Source: Octopus bimaculoides (Eukaryota). From it: a stretch of DNA of 64,000 nt. A program made the position numbers and the translations under genes. The stretch covers positions 123,098,007-123,162,006 of the forward strand of contig NC_068982.1 in NCBI RefSeq assembly GCF_001194135.2, in the 5' to 3' direction. The notes under the pieces are model-generated. The model did no database searches, was not told the origin of the DNA, and was given only the letters and a program-made list of their open reading frames with translations. Below are positions 12,819 to 25,379 of the stretch, one piece after another. Positions within the stretch are counted from its first letter, which is position 1, and every line of letters begins with the position of its first letter.

Positions 12819-13599
12819 AATATAATATGATATAATATAAAGAAAATGGAGAATTTGAACACAGAAAAAATCAATTTATTTATATAATAGTCAATTTCAT
12901 ATCACCTACATATGTTTCAAGTTTTTACCTTCATTCATATTATGCAATTGAGATTGCATTATGTATTTAAAAGGTAAAAATCTCTTCAGGGCAAAAATTG
13001 ACAAACATTTGTTCACATCCTAATGGATGGAGAATTGCTTACAGACTGAAATAGTAGCATGCTTTTGTGTGTTTGTGTTTGTCAGCATGTGTGTCTTTTG
13101 GATTCCTTTCTAAAAATAGCTTGAGGTTAAACAGTGGACATTGGCTATTGGTAGTGCTTAGGAACTAGGTCATACTACCATTCTCCTTAGATCGGTTTTA
13201 TAAAGGCTGGCTACTATTCTTATCTCTACTCACTTGTGAAAAAAATAAAATTAAAATGTATATATTTCATATTAGCAAGAATCCAAATCAATATATTTAA
13301 CTTCTACTTATTTAGTTGTGAGAATTTCAATTTTTATTGAATTTTTTATTTTAGATGTATTAGTCTTATTTGTTGATAGTTTAGGTTATTATATATATCA
13401 CATGTATGTAGTTAGACTATTTTCAAATGGTGAGAGTACATTATTATATTATATTATATTAGTGTATGTGTTCATAGTTTTACTTAGCAACAGCTGTAAT
13501 CATTACTGATAATAATGATGATGATTAAAGAAAATACAATAGATCAATGCACGTATATATAGATTTTTCTGAATTAGGTTCCTGGATGATGTAAAAATT

Positions 13600-14230
13600 T
13601 AGAATAAAGTTTTAGCACTATAACACTGTGCACAATGTTGGTGACTTTTTAAGCATTGTAGTTCTTTGTGTAGTTCTTGACAGAGCAACATATAATTGTC
13701 TATGTGAAAATGCATCAGATGGAGAAAAATGGACCTTTTTCACTGAATATGAAACTGAAAACCTGGCAAACACAATTGTTGGTCTAATTTGTTTTGTTAT
13801 CAACATGGAAATTTATTGACTGTTATTGCAAAAGCCACACAAATTGGAAGCTGTATTCGTGTAAGGGTTAATGGCACTGTGATATTAGGTCTCAGTTTAC
13901 TATTTGACACAAAGGCATGTTTTCTATTCTTTAACAATGTGACCTTCAGTTATGCAGTTTTGTAAATGGGTTATTCACATTAGTTCGTTGTGCAATGGCT
14001 TGTGATGGCAGTCACATTGAAACCACATTTCTCATCTATAGTTCAACTTTCAACTTTCACTCAACGTCTCTGTTGATAAAAGTGATATTTTGAGTTTAGA
14101 AAAAATTCAGGAGGGATTTTTCAATTTGCAAAGTGTTGTAAATCATTTTGTATGTTACATACACTCACGCAACTGTTTGGTTAAGCAGTTCACTTTGCAA
14201 CTGTGTGATTTTGGGTTAGTCTCACTGCAC
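13600..14230 (-). mobile_element. Helitron RepHel PIF1-like helicase C-terminal remnant (degenerate)
   Basis: Minus-strand translations RIQLPICVAFAITVNK (cf. R.QFP..LAFAMTINKSQG) and AFSHRQLYVALSR (cf. VFSHGQLYVALSR) lie in the expected order. Upstream ITHLQNCITEGHIV also fits. Stops and frameshifts present. Confidence 0.8.
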
Positions 14231-14549
14231 AATATCTTGAGTATCTGCTATAGCCTCCTGCCTTGTGAGAAGATCTCTTTTATACATACATGTTATTAAG
14301 GACTTCCTACAATTTCTCTCAACCATATTCACTTACAAGGTATTGGTCAGCCACACTATGGGACTGAACCTTAAACCATATGTTTGCAATACAGATTTCT
14401 TAATCTTACAGTTATACCTGTCCCTATACACATTTAAACATGCAATCACAGGCATGTAGATGCCTATATGCATACACTTGTTTAAATGTTTCTATGGAGT
14501 GTGAATATATATATATATATATATATATCAGAAGTGTTAAGATGGGTCC

Positions 14550-14797
14550 TTCTGGTGTAAAGCACTCATGGCAGTGCCATGTAAAAGTGTCTGTGCAGTG
14601 TCACATAAAAGCGCCTGTGTGGTGCCATGTAAAAGTGCCCAGCACACTCTGTAAAGTAGCTGGGATTAGGAAGGGCATCCAGCCATAAAAACCTTGCCAA
14701 ATCAGATTGGAGTTTGGTGCAGCTCCCCAGCTTGCCAGCTCTGGTTAAACCATCCAACCCATGCCAGCATGGACAATGAACATTAAAGGATGATGAT
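14550..14797 (+). mobile_element. SINE family B with three internal gtgccatgtaaaag-type subrepeats
   Basis: Internal units at 14574-14640, followed by the same 3' tail as 12672-12818. Confidence 0.8.
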
Positions 14798-17700
14798 TAT
14801 GTGTGTGAGCATTATTTATCTGCTTTCCATACTGATACACACACATGCATTTGTGTATGCGTGTGTGTGAATTTGCATATTCATTCAGAATTGCATTTAT
14901 TATAATTTTATTGAATCAGTCTGTAAAGTGAAACTTTTAGTTAATGCAATTCTGAGTCAACCTGTTAATGCAGATATAAAACTCTATGAAATTTTGTGGG
15001 TGCACTTTATTCTAGTTCTTTTCTCTCTTTCTCCCTCCCCCCTCTCTCTCCCTCCATCTCTATCTGTTCATTTTGAATTTCATTGCATATATGTAGTTCA
15101 CATATGAAAATTTTGTCGTCACATGATTTTAATTTTTAATTGAAGAGGGTGTCACTTCAACTTTACTGATGTTAGTTTTGAAAATTTAACTTACTTTCTG
15201 TGTTTCTAATTAATGATTAAAAAATAAAACAGGAAATCATTTAATAAATAGATCATTGAACTTAGTCATATGATTGTATTTATTTTTGTAATTTAATAAT
15301 TTTTCTTAATTGCTTTCATATTTTTTAATTTTGACTCCTGCTAATTTCATTGTCAGGATCAGTTATTATGAGTCAGAAAATATTGGTTTCTTATCAAATA
15401 TTCTTTGCTGTACTGTTATAAGTGAATAACCTGTTTATCCTTAACTGAATGCATTGGCTTTATGCCTTGGCTCATCATGCTTTGCTTTTTCATTTTTATC
15501 TTGATTTTTAAATCTATTTGATGTCTTGTCTTTCATATTTAATTTATACATCCAATTCGTGATAACTGCCTATTTCAGTGTTGATTTTAATTGTTTCAAT
15601 TTTAGACTTGTGTGTGTATGTGTATGTGTGAGAGAGGGATTGAGGGGGGAGGGGGAGAAAGAGACACACACACACACACACACACACAGATATGTAGGTA
15701 ACTCAAGTTATTTTTGCACTGAATTTGCTTCTGTGTTTCTTGGCTGGAAAATAATTTCATAAATATGTCATTTTAAAATTTTCATATGTTGAGGAATGGG
15801 GATTCTTTCAAGATTTAGCTGACTAACAATCATTGTGAAATTAAATATCTGTTTGGTATCATTACTAACAATCATTGTGAAATGTATCTGTTGGTAGGTT
15901 TAATGCTGGCTATCTTATACTGTCAGCTATGGAAAGATGATCTTCTTATGGGTAAAGTGGTGAAGCTTATGATCTATTGTTGAAATCCAGCCTAAGTGTC
16001 TATTATATAGAGCTTTAACTGATCAAAACTTTTAGTTTTGAAGCTAGCCATGGTTGTAATCGACAGCTATTTTATTTATTCTAGCTACTCTACAGCAATG
16101 TATCAAATAATTTTGTTGTGGGAAATTACTTAGTCTCAAAACAATCAGTTTCAACCAACCAAACGATCAATAACTCATTTGAACACAAGATAGATGTTTT
16201 TAACTCCAATGTGTTAACATATGGTGAATTAAAATGTTCTATGGTCACTTGTCTTTGACTTATTCTGGTTAAGTACATTTGGAAAAACGAAACAAAAGTT
16301 CAACTACTCACTTTTTCCTGGAAACTTTTGAGGAAATAGCACAATATCTAATTATATATTTGATTCCTTTTCTTTTGTGTTAGATTATCATGCAGTTTGT
16401 AGTTAGGAACCTTCAGCCCACTCTGTTTTTACTCTCTCAAGATTGTGTGGGAGTATCTAGATTTGTGTGTGTGTAAATATTAGTTGTGAATAAGTGTTCT
16501 CTCAACTTTGAAACCAATTATACTTTTTTTGCTTTTCTTCCAATTTATAGTATAACAGTCCTATTATTTCATCGATTTATTGTGTGCATGTTGACTTTGA
16601 AATATGAAAATGTATTGTTTTTGTTCTCATTGCTCCATGCTTCTCTTCAACTGTAGATGTTTGATGAAAGAAAATGACAATTGCCATTCTTAATCGATTC
16701 TCATCTCATCAAATGAATAGCTCTCAGTTAGATAACTGGCTGATGTAAATATCGTATTTCATAGGGGATCTTTTAGCAGATATTGTTCTTTAGTTTTATG
16801 TATGAGCTGCAAAGTTAATAGTTAAGCCAGACAAAATCTTGGAGATGTCTGGCCTGTAATCTGACAATTATTGAAACTTGAATCCTAATGTAAACAGTGT
16901 ATAGTAAAGTTTTCTTAAGATTTGCAGCCATAATGCAGTCACTTGAAGATTTTGTCAATTTGTTTAAAATAGTTTAGCCTGTCATTTACAACTCCAATTT
17001 CTGAAATCTTTTATATAAAATAGTAGTTAAATATTTTATGAAGTGATTAGAAAAAGTAGTTTGTACTTTCCTGTTAAGGAAATAATAATTGTGATAAAAA
17101 TTTAGTAAAATGATATTTTTGTAAGATACCTTACTCTCAAGTTAAGTGCTTGGCTTAAATTACAAAATGACCATTTAACAGCCAGTGTTTATCACACATA
17201 GCAAGGCGAATAAGAATAAATTTGAACCTGAAGTATAATGTACAAAGCAGGAAAGATTGTGAAGACGAAATGGATTTTCAATGGTCTCCTTGTTTTACAG
17301 GGTATTACTCAATATATGGATAATCTTGCCTCTCACAGTATAGAAGCATTTCTCATGGCATCAGCAGACAAAATGGAAAAGGCGTTGCCCAAGATGTGTA
17401 TTTATTCCTTTATTCTTCTTTGCCAGTTGGTTGACCATAAGACTTTTCACAGAATATTTCAGTTTTTATGGCTGATATCCAAAGCCTATGAATTGAATTC
17501 TTTAGTAATGCAGCCTTTCTACGTATCACAAAAAGGTTATGAATTTAAAGGTCTTTGAATATCTTAAAATCAATATTTATCACAAATAGTTGTTTGGTTT
17601 CATGTCTCCATGGATTACTTGGAAGAATCTACCCAAAAGATTTTGAGAAGGGGCAAAAAATGAAGATAAACAGAAAAATATTATTTGATAGATCTTGTTC

Positions 17701-18193
17701 CACATTAAAGATTTTGTTTAATCAAATCCATTTTGGTAGCTTGTATGTGCATGCATGTTGATTCTGGGTGCTTGCCATTCGATGAAGCATCTATCCTTCC
17801 AAAAGGCACAATTATCAGTTATTTGCAATAGGCAGAGATACTATGATATAGAAATTTTTCTTTTCCTGATGAAATATTTTTATATGAGAATAATAGACAA
17901 TGAGGGAGAATGTCTACATTTTTCCAGTACTGTACCCTGTTTCTGTCTGTGATAAATATTATTTGATTTTGTGTGCTTGTATTTTCATGCATGGACATTT
18001 GCTAGCTCCCATAGCAGCTTTGGTATACATTTGGATAAAATTAGTTATTGAATTAATGCTTTATTTGACGGTTTGATAAAGTAACATAAAAGTTTCAGAA
18101 TGTCAAGTAAAGACTATCATGAAGAAAAGCTATATCACATTGTATGTGGCTTGGTATTAAATATAGATATCTATAGTGAATTTTTATAAAGTA

Positions 18194-18282
18194 AAGATTA
18201 TTTACCAACATAATGTGGCAGTCCTGGTTTAGGACAAATGTTAATGAACCAAGACTGCCACATTATGTTGGCAAATAATCTT
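18194..18282. other. 89-nt near-perfect inverted repeat (36-bp stem, 17-nt loop)
   Basis: aagattatttaccaacataatgtggcagtcctggtt versus aaccaagactgccacattatgttggcaaataatctt: 34/36 complementary. Confidence 0.95.
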
Positions 18283-18630
18283 CACTCTAGAGTACTGTTA
18301 CTGAATGTCTCTTGTTGAGAGATTTACAAACAGAAATTTTTTTATAAATTTTTATAAAGATTAACTGCATTCTCTATGCTTGCATGAACTGGATGGTTGT
18401 AAAATTATGAAAATTAGCTCAAATTACTGGAGCTAACAGTTTACAGTTGAATACTTTTCCTTCAGGTAACAATTTAATTGTAAAGTTTTATGTTACTTAT
18501 TTTCATTTAGATTGGTTGAAGTACTAAAATGCATTTAGTTTACAAACTTAGATATATGCACACTACAATTGGGTCATTGTTGTTTCATACACATTATCTG
18601 TCATCTTAATTACTTCACCTATGAATATAA

Positions 18631-18666
<36 letters not shown>

Positions 18667-19242
18667 TAAAATTATGAACATTAGCTCAAATTACTGGAGC
18701 TAACAGTTTACAGTTGAATANNNNNNNNNNNNNNNNNNNNNNNNNNNNNNNNNNNNNNNNNNNNNNNNNNNNNNNNNNNNNNNNNNNNNNNNNNNNNNNN
18801 NNNNNNNNNNNNNNNNNNNNNNNNNNNNNNNNNNNNNNNNNNNNNNNNNNNNNNNNNNNNNNNNNNNNNNNNNNNNNNNNNNNNNNNNNNNNNNNNNNNN
18901 NNNNNNNNNNNNNNNNNNNNNNNNNNNNNNNNNNNNNNNNNNNNNNNNNNNNNNNNNNNNNNNNNNNNNNNNNNNNNNNNNNNNNNNNNNNNNNNNNNNN
19001 NNNNNNNNNNNNNNNNNNNNNNNNNNNNNNNNNNNNNNNNNNNNNNNNNNNNNNNNNNNNNNNNNNNNNNNNNNNNNNNNNNNNNNNNNNNNNNNNNNNN
19101 NNNNNNNNNNNNNNNNNNNNNNNNNNNNNNNNNNNNNNNNNNNNNNNNNNNNNNNNNNNNNNNNNNNNNNNNNNNNNNNNNNNNNNNNNNNNNNNNNNNN
19201 NNNNNNNNNNNNNNNNNNNNNNNNNNNNNNNNNNNNNNNNNN

Positions 19243-19275
<33 letters not shown>

Positions 19276-19365
19276 ATAAATCATCATCAGATTATATATA
19301 CACACACACACACACACACACTCGCTCGCTCGCTCACTCACTCACTCACTCACTCACTCGTTCGC
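19243..19365. repeat. (TG)n, (CA)n and (CTCA)n compound microsatellite beside a gap
   Basis: Directly visible. Confidence 0.9.
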
Positions 19366-19466
19366 TCGAATAAACTGTTGTTTAAATTACTTAAAAATGA
19401 AAATAACACCGACATCTGATTTTAACAGATATATTTACCAAAATTACATAAAGATATTCTGAAATA

Positions 19467-19905
19467 CTAAAGAGTAGATTCAACAAAATTGCCATTGGCT
19501 TCAACCACAGCCTCCGGATGACTTCAGACTATCCTGCAACTTCTGGATGGTCTCCTTGTTTAAGTTGGTGTATGCTGCCAAATCCTTGCCTTCAGTTCAT
19601 CTTTGGTGTTACAAGGAATTTTGTTGGTCTCTCGTTCAACTGTGCCCCACACATAATAATCAAGGGGGTTGCAGTCTGGGGAGTTAGGTGGCCAGATGTT
19701 AGGGGTGATGTGGTCACAGAAATTGTCTGACAGCCATAACTGGGTTCTCTTGCTTGTGTGGCATGGTGCAGAGTCCTGTTGTCAGACATGGAGTTTCCCA
19801 GCAGACACCCTCTTGACACAGGGCATCACAACCTCCTCCAGATATTTGATGTAGGCCTATGTGTTGAGTCTGAGGCTGTGTGAGAAGATGAATGGAGCCA
19901 TAACA
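19467..19905 (-). mobile_element. Tc1/mariner transposase remnant, DD37D (maT-type) catalytic C-terminus
   Basis: Minus strand reads HV*QQDSAPCHTSKRTQLWLSDNFCDHITPNIWPPNSPDCNPLDYYVWG. I count 37 residues between the two catalytic Asp. Internal stops present. Confidence 0.9.
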
Positions 19906-20035
19906 TGCTGGCTGGCATGGATTGGATGGTTTGACTGGAACTGGCCAGCTAGGTTCCAGTTATCTATTTTGGCATCGTTTCTATGGTACATGCATGCAAA
20001 TATATACATAGATTAGGTATTCTGTTGTATTAGAC

Positions 20036-20688
20036 CAGTGTTTCTCAACATTTTTACCCTTGCGTAACCCTTAAAATAAAGTACATGTCACAAGGAACCC
20101 CTGCACAAAAAAAATTATATCCCATATCTTTCTCATATATTTTTCATTGTAGTTCACATGGTAAATATATATATATATATATGATTGTTACATTTTTTTA
20201 TAACATAATAGGTGAAATAGGATTATGTCTATATTACAATAACCAATGTGGAGGCGCAATGGCCTAGTGGTTAGGGCAGTGGACTTGCAGTCGGAGGATC
20301 GCAGTTTCGATTCCCAGACCGGGCGTTGTGAGTGTTTATTGAGCAAAAACACCCAAAAGCTCCACAAGGCTCCAGCAGGGGATAGTGGTGACCTCTGTTG
20401 TACTCTTTTGCCCCATCTTTCTCTCACTCATTTTTCCTGTTTCTTGAGTAACGCAGCGATGGACTGGCGTCCTGTCCAGCTGGTGGGGAACACATACACC
20501 ATAGAAACTGGGAAACCGGGCCCATGAGCCTGGCTAGGCTTTAGAAGGGCACATAAGTAAAAAAAAACAATAACCACTAATATATTGTAAATGTATTAGC
20601 ATTAGCCTATCTCACTCTTTCTTGGAGAACCCCAAGGAATCTTTTGTGGAACACTAGGGTTCCAGGGAACCCTGGTTGAGAAATGCTG
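20036..20688. mobile_element. hAT (Charlie/Buster-like) MITE interrupted by a SINE
   Basis: Terminal inverted repeats cagtgtttctcaac / gttgagaaatgctg (12/14). Perfect 8-bp TSD tattagac at 20028-20035 and 20689-20696 with central TA. Confidence 0.9.
20246..20566 (+). mobile_element. Full-length tRNA-derived SINE (family C)
   Basis: A box tggcctagtgg, B box gtttcgattcc, A-rich tail, and 10-bp TSD acaataacca at 20236-20245 and 20567-20576. Confidence 0.9.
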
Positions 20689-21974
20689 TATTAGACTATT
20701 GGCTTGTTATTTATATGCTGGCTTAATTTTGTATTGCATTTAATCCACATGCGATCTGATATTCATTTTGCTCTCTATTTTAATTTCTGTTGGTGACAAT
20801 TTTGGTATGGTGTTTAAAAAAAATGTTTCTCAACAATTTTAATGATTTAATATTTAAGCTAAAGTATTTGCTAATGAAATTCATTACTCCTCATTTTTTA
20901 AATGATAAAAATATGTGAAATAACTTCAGAGGCTGATGCTTCCAATTCCTTTATATATTATTTTTTGAAATAGATGATAGTCTGTTATTTTATCTTTAGA
21001 TATAAATTAATTTCAAAATAATTTATGCATAAGATGGCAGTATGTCAGAACCATAGCTAAGTTTTTTTTGTTTTTTTTAATCAGTTAATCAGTGAGAAAA
21101 AAGTGATCAAGCCCCTCTACAGGGGCTTAGAGACTGGTCGGAGAAAGAGAGGGAAGAAGGTATTCTTAAACCAGAGACCTACCCTGAAAGGATTCTGTTT
21201 AAGGCACTCAATGAACAGTTTGTGGTGTTCATCAAAGTGACAGATTAAGTCTGCTACCCAAGTAGGCCAATGAAATTTGAACTTAGCAAAGAACTGGAAG
21301 AAATAATTGCAAGGCATTCCCTCTGATATTTTATTTATTGACTATGAAAGGTAAAGTTGACATCGGCAAGAAGCCAGAATGGATATTACAAGGCATTTCA
21401 TCCAATGCTCTAAGGATTCTACCAAATTGCTGTTCAAGGAATATTTGATGAGGTTATTTGTTGATATTAGTGGAGTGCTTTTTGCATAAGCTTCTCAATT
21501 TCTTGATGCTGCAACAGGTTTCTTGAAAAGTTGCTAAATTATTTTTCTCCCTTTCTATACTTTGAAAGCAATCTTAGGTAATTATCTTAATCATCTATGT
21601 TATCACCGAAGTAAATCAAATATTGTGCCAGCTTAAATAAACTATAAAGATTGTCCATTAGTGCTTCAGAAAATGTCTGCACACTCAGAATTTTTTAAGC
21701 ATGGAATAGACTATTTGTATTGGTTGTTAGCTGTCAGGACATTGCATCCTTCAAAAATTCCATTCTTCCTGAAGTTCATGAACACTACTCCTGATGTGCC
21801 TATTCACCCTTTTCTCTTTACAGCTGTTTGTTTGCTCACTTTTCTGTGATTTTGTGTTTTATACCATGCATGTTTTTTGGGAATTCATTACTTTCTGAGT
21901 TTGACTTAGAGCTGCTTTCTATCCCCTCTTTTACTCATACTCTTAAGTGCATTAGGTTGTAACAACAGAAGCCA

Positions 21975-22190
21975 TTAACCTGGTTGCTTGGCCTGCTAAA
22001 AGTAGCAGCCAAATCCCCCTTAAATCACATTTTACTGTCTCAATAAAGGGACACATTGGATAATATAGTCTCGGGTACATACATAATAGCTGAGAAAATC
22101 AAGCTGTGAATGATCATGGTTGGTATACCTTTGATCATAGATCTCCATGATCAGGTATGACCTGGGGTTAAACAACAATTGAAGCTTTTG
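21975..22190 (+). repeat. Interspersed repeat (family D); ends approximate
   Basis: aaaagtagcagccaaatcccccttaaatcaca... is the reverse complement of ...aatctaagggaaatttggctgctatttc at 48150-48290. Confidence 0.6.
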
Positions 22191-22338
22191 CATGATTGGC
22201 TGTCCCAACAGAAACAGTAGCCAAATTTTACTTAAATCCCACTTTTCTATGTTAAATGAAAGAAATATTGCTTAATATAGTCTTAGATATGCTATTTGGA
22301 GATAGAATGAATGGCCATGTTTGATTATAGGTCTACTT

Positions 22339-22800
22339 CAAGGGTCACCAAACTATGGTGTGTGACTTCAGTTCATCTGGCCCATCACTGCACTATACCT
22401 TTTGTGTAAGTACCTGCAATGAGAGTTCATTTGCATCTGGTATGGCATCAGTGTTTGGAACAACTTACGTCTGTGAGTAAACATTTTCAAAACTGAAGTA
22501 TGTGAAATCAGCACATCGAATGCAGTTGATTGATGAACATTTGAAAGCGATTATCCTGGTTGGATGCAGCTATTCTAAAGCAAATATTAATGATATCTTA
22601 AAAGCTAAAACACCAGTTTCACAAATCTCACTAACCTTTTTTTGTTGCTTAGTTGAGAGATATGCTAATGTTGCCTTCTTTGATAACTTTTTGGTAAATA
22701 AATATGGTTAGCTTTATTTTTTTTGCATTCACTGTATTGTATTGAGCAAGATGGTCATGCGGCCTGTGCTCGTCATTCTTTCAGTGATCTTAGATGATAT
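22339..22800 (+). mobile_element. Internally deleted hAT (SPIN/Buster-like) element retaining the C-terminal dimerisation region; right end uncertain
   Basis: TIR-like caagggtcaccaaactatgg, then MASVFGTTYVCE*TFSKLKYVKSAHRMQLIDEHLKAII (cf. hAT FGSTY.CE..FS.MK..K...R..L.DEHL). Confidence 0.8.
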
Positions 22801-22844
22801 TTGAAATGGGGATGAATGCAAATGATGAAAATAACTACATAATG

Positions 22845-22889
<45 letters not shown>

Positions 22890-23754
22890 ATTTCTATGTT
22901 ATCAGCTTCACCCATCTGGTACTCGGTTGGTCTTATAATCTTTCAATTCTTGTGTTATTTTCCATTTGTTAGATGAAATAGTTTCTTATGTGTGAGTGAA
23001 GTTACCATGGTGGGAGGAGAAACTGGAAATTACTGTTCATGTTTTCTTAATAGTATTAGTTTAGTAAATGAAATTATTCCAACTGAATATTGAATCTGAC
23101 CTGTTGATTCAATTTGCTGATAAGCTGATTCTTAGCATGCAACTGTTTATAGCTATTAAAGAAAAATAAATTGAATGAAATATTTTTATACAAATATGTT
23201 CAATAGCCATTCTTTTTTTTTCTCCATCTCTCTCAAAATATTATTTATATTTATATGGGATTTATAATATTTTTATCTTTCACAAAGACTTTGATAGTTT
23301 CACTATTTAATAAACCTGAATGGCTTTACTTACACTATTTACTCATCCTTAAAGTTAGTTAACTAATGTAACTCCCAGCCTGTTATAATATAGTGTTGTA
23401 GTTTAGCTGCTCAGCTACTCTAGTTTACTAATATATTTTAACACATTGAATGTTTTTATCTAGTCATTTACTGGCACACAAAAATAACACTTTATATGAC
23501 TAATGCCATTTCTTGTTTTTCTCTCTATATTGGGGGAGTATATTTTGATGTTGAATAGTAAATGATTATGTAAAACCTAATGTTGTGTCACAAAGGAAAT
23601 GTCTAAAGAAAGAAAAAAGTGTGTCACCCACTTCAGTCATTCATCTGAGTAAGCATTGTACCAGTGAATCTGTTGAGTCTACTTCTAACTTCTTAAATAG
23701 AGAAGTTTATCTGAAAGAACTATAAAATGGTAGGAGTTGATGACTAGGTTTTAT

Positions 23755-24000
23755 ATCATCATCATAGCATCCACTTATGCTGGCATGGGTCAGACAGATT
23801 TTGTTGAGGCAGATTTTCTATTGTTAGATGCTCTCTTTGTTGTTAACCCATACCTGTTTCCAAACAAAGTGGTATCTCTCTATGGAAAGGCATGTTTTTC
23901 ACAACAGATTGGAAATGAAACAACACCACTTTTATGATGCAATGCATGTCTGCAGCCATCACATGTCAAGACAGGCTGATACAAACATACATACGCACGT
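23755..24000 (-). mobile_element. SINE family A, 3' part
   Basis: Reverse complement matches 32140-32345 and 37440-37680. Confidence 0.65.
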
Positions 24001-24189
24001 GCACACACACGCACGCACGCACGCACGCACGCACNNNNNNNNNNNNNNNNNNNNNNNNNNNNNNNNNNNNNNNNNNNNNNNNNNNNNNNNNNNNNNNNNN
24101 NNNNNNNNNNNNNNNNNNNNNNNNNNNNNNNNNNNNNNNNNNNNNNNNNNNNNNNNNNNNNNNNNNNNNNNNNNNNNNNNNNNNNNNNN

Positions 24190-24218
<29 letters not shown>
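23985..24218. repeat. (GCAC)n/(CA)n microsatellite spanning a gap
   Basis: Directly visible. Confidence 0.9.
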
Positions 24219-24221
<3 letters not shown>

Positions 24222-24836
24222 GGTTTCCTTCAGTTTCCATTTCCAAAATCCACTCTTGATGCTTTGGTCAGCCTGGGCTATAGTAGAAAACACAGTGCCA
24301 TGAAGTAGAGCTGGACCCAAAACCATGTAGTTGGAAGTAAATTTTTTAACTATACAGCTACGCCTATATTGCATCATGGCTGTAATTCTCTGTTCTTTTA
24401 ATGTGTATATAGTTATTTAGATCTTTCTATAACTTATGTTGAGCATAACAGCTATGCTAGATCTTTTTTTTTAGCATTTTTAGTCTTCATGTGATATCTT
24501 GTAATCAGAGCTAGAATTGCTAAACATTTATATTGAGACAAGTATGGAAATATTAGGCTCTGGATACCATATTAATATTTCTGAGATATTCTTAAAATTT
24601 ATTGAAAGACATTTTGAATGACCTCTAATTCTTACTTATAATTACGTACTTTTAAATATACCATAAATTAAAATCATTACAATCACATGCTGAATGTAGC
24701 AGATGATATTTCTGATACTTTGTCTGTTGCTCCTTCTTAATGAATCACATTTAGCTTGCAACTTTTATAGGTTCTCTAGTTTCAAATTCACAAAAAGTAA
24801 ACATTGTCTTTTTTTCTTCTTGAATTCCTTTTGAAG

Positions 24837-24884
24837 GAGGAAAATTAGTGTGCATAGCTAAATTGTTTTCTAAGCAACCATTAA
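24837..24884 (+). CDS. Candidate 48-nt symmetric exon (GKLVCIAKLFSKQPL), gene unknown
   Basis: Long pyrimidine tract ending ttttgaag, donor gtatgt, open frame. Confidence 0.2.
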
Positions 24885-25379
24885 GTATGTCAGTATCAGT
24901 GATTAGTGAATTGTTTCAAGTTATTTGGATGTTCATTAGTGACTTTTGTTATGAGCTTTTGCTGAGCCATTATTAACCTGATGTAAATTGACTGACTCAC
25001 TGAAAAATTCAATTTCGTTTTATAGAACGATTTGCATTCAGTATACCAAGGCATTTAATTATTGAATTCTTATAAGGGTAATTTTGTTTTTATTAAGAAT
25101 AAAAATCAAAAGGACATAAAATTACATGGAATATTCTTTTAATTTTGCTGTTTTTTTTTTCTTCCTTTTTCATTTTTTGTTTTTATGCACAGAGTAAGAA
25201 CACAAAAACACTTTCCTTTGAAAGTTGTTGTCATTAAGTAACTGGTAAACAATTAGAGTTCAGTAGCAGACACAATGTGTTCAGTCTTAGGATAGTGGAA
25301 TTAAATTAGAATTCTTGTCATCTTCAATTTGTGTATTGTTGTTTTGAAGTCTTCGTTTGGTGTGGAGTTATCTAAGTAT

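Noticed and set aside
15357-15952. MEI1-like exon pair (ISYYESENIGFLSN; LMLAILYCQLWKDDLLM)
   Set aside because: Phase-compatible and faintly like my recollection of MEI1, but the matches are short, the splice sites are weak, and no other MEI1 motif could be placed in order. Not supportable without a database search.
17238-17952. Chain of plus-strand ORFs (106, 68 and 65 aa) as a gene
   Set aside because: No recognisable domain and no good donor site. It could equally be antisense to a decayed transposon.
18399-18720. 57-bp direct duplication (18399-18455 and 18664-18720)
   Set aside because: The second copy lies between a (TG)n run and an N-gap, so it is most likely a contig-end misassembly.
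18700-19373. Longest ORFs in the track (189-219 aa), and similar ones at 23.8-24.4 kb and 28.0-28.4 kb
   Set aside because: They consist of N-gap and microsatellite translations.
20246-20325. tRNA gene
   Set aside because: A and B boxes are present, but the sequence continues into a SINE body with an A-tail and TSD and has no proper acceptor stem.
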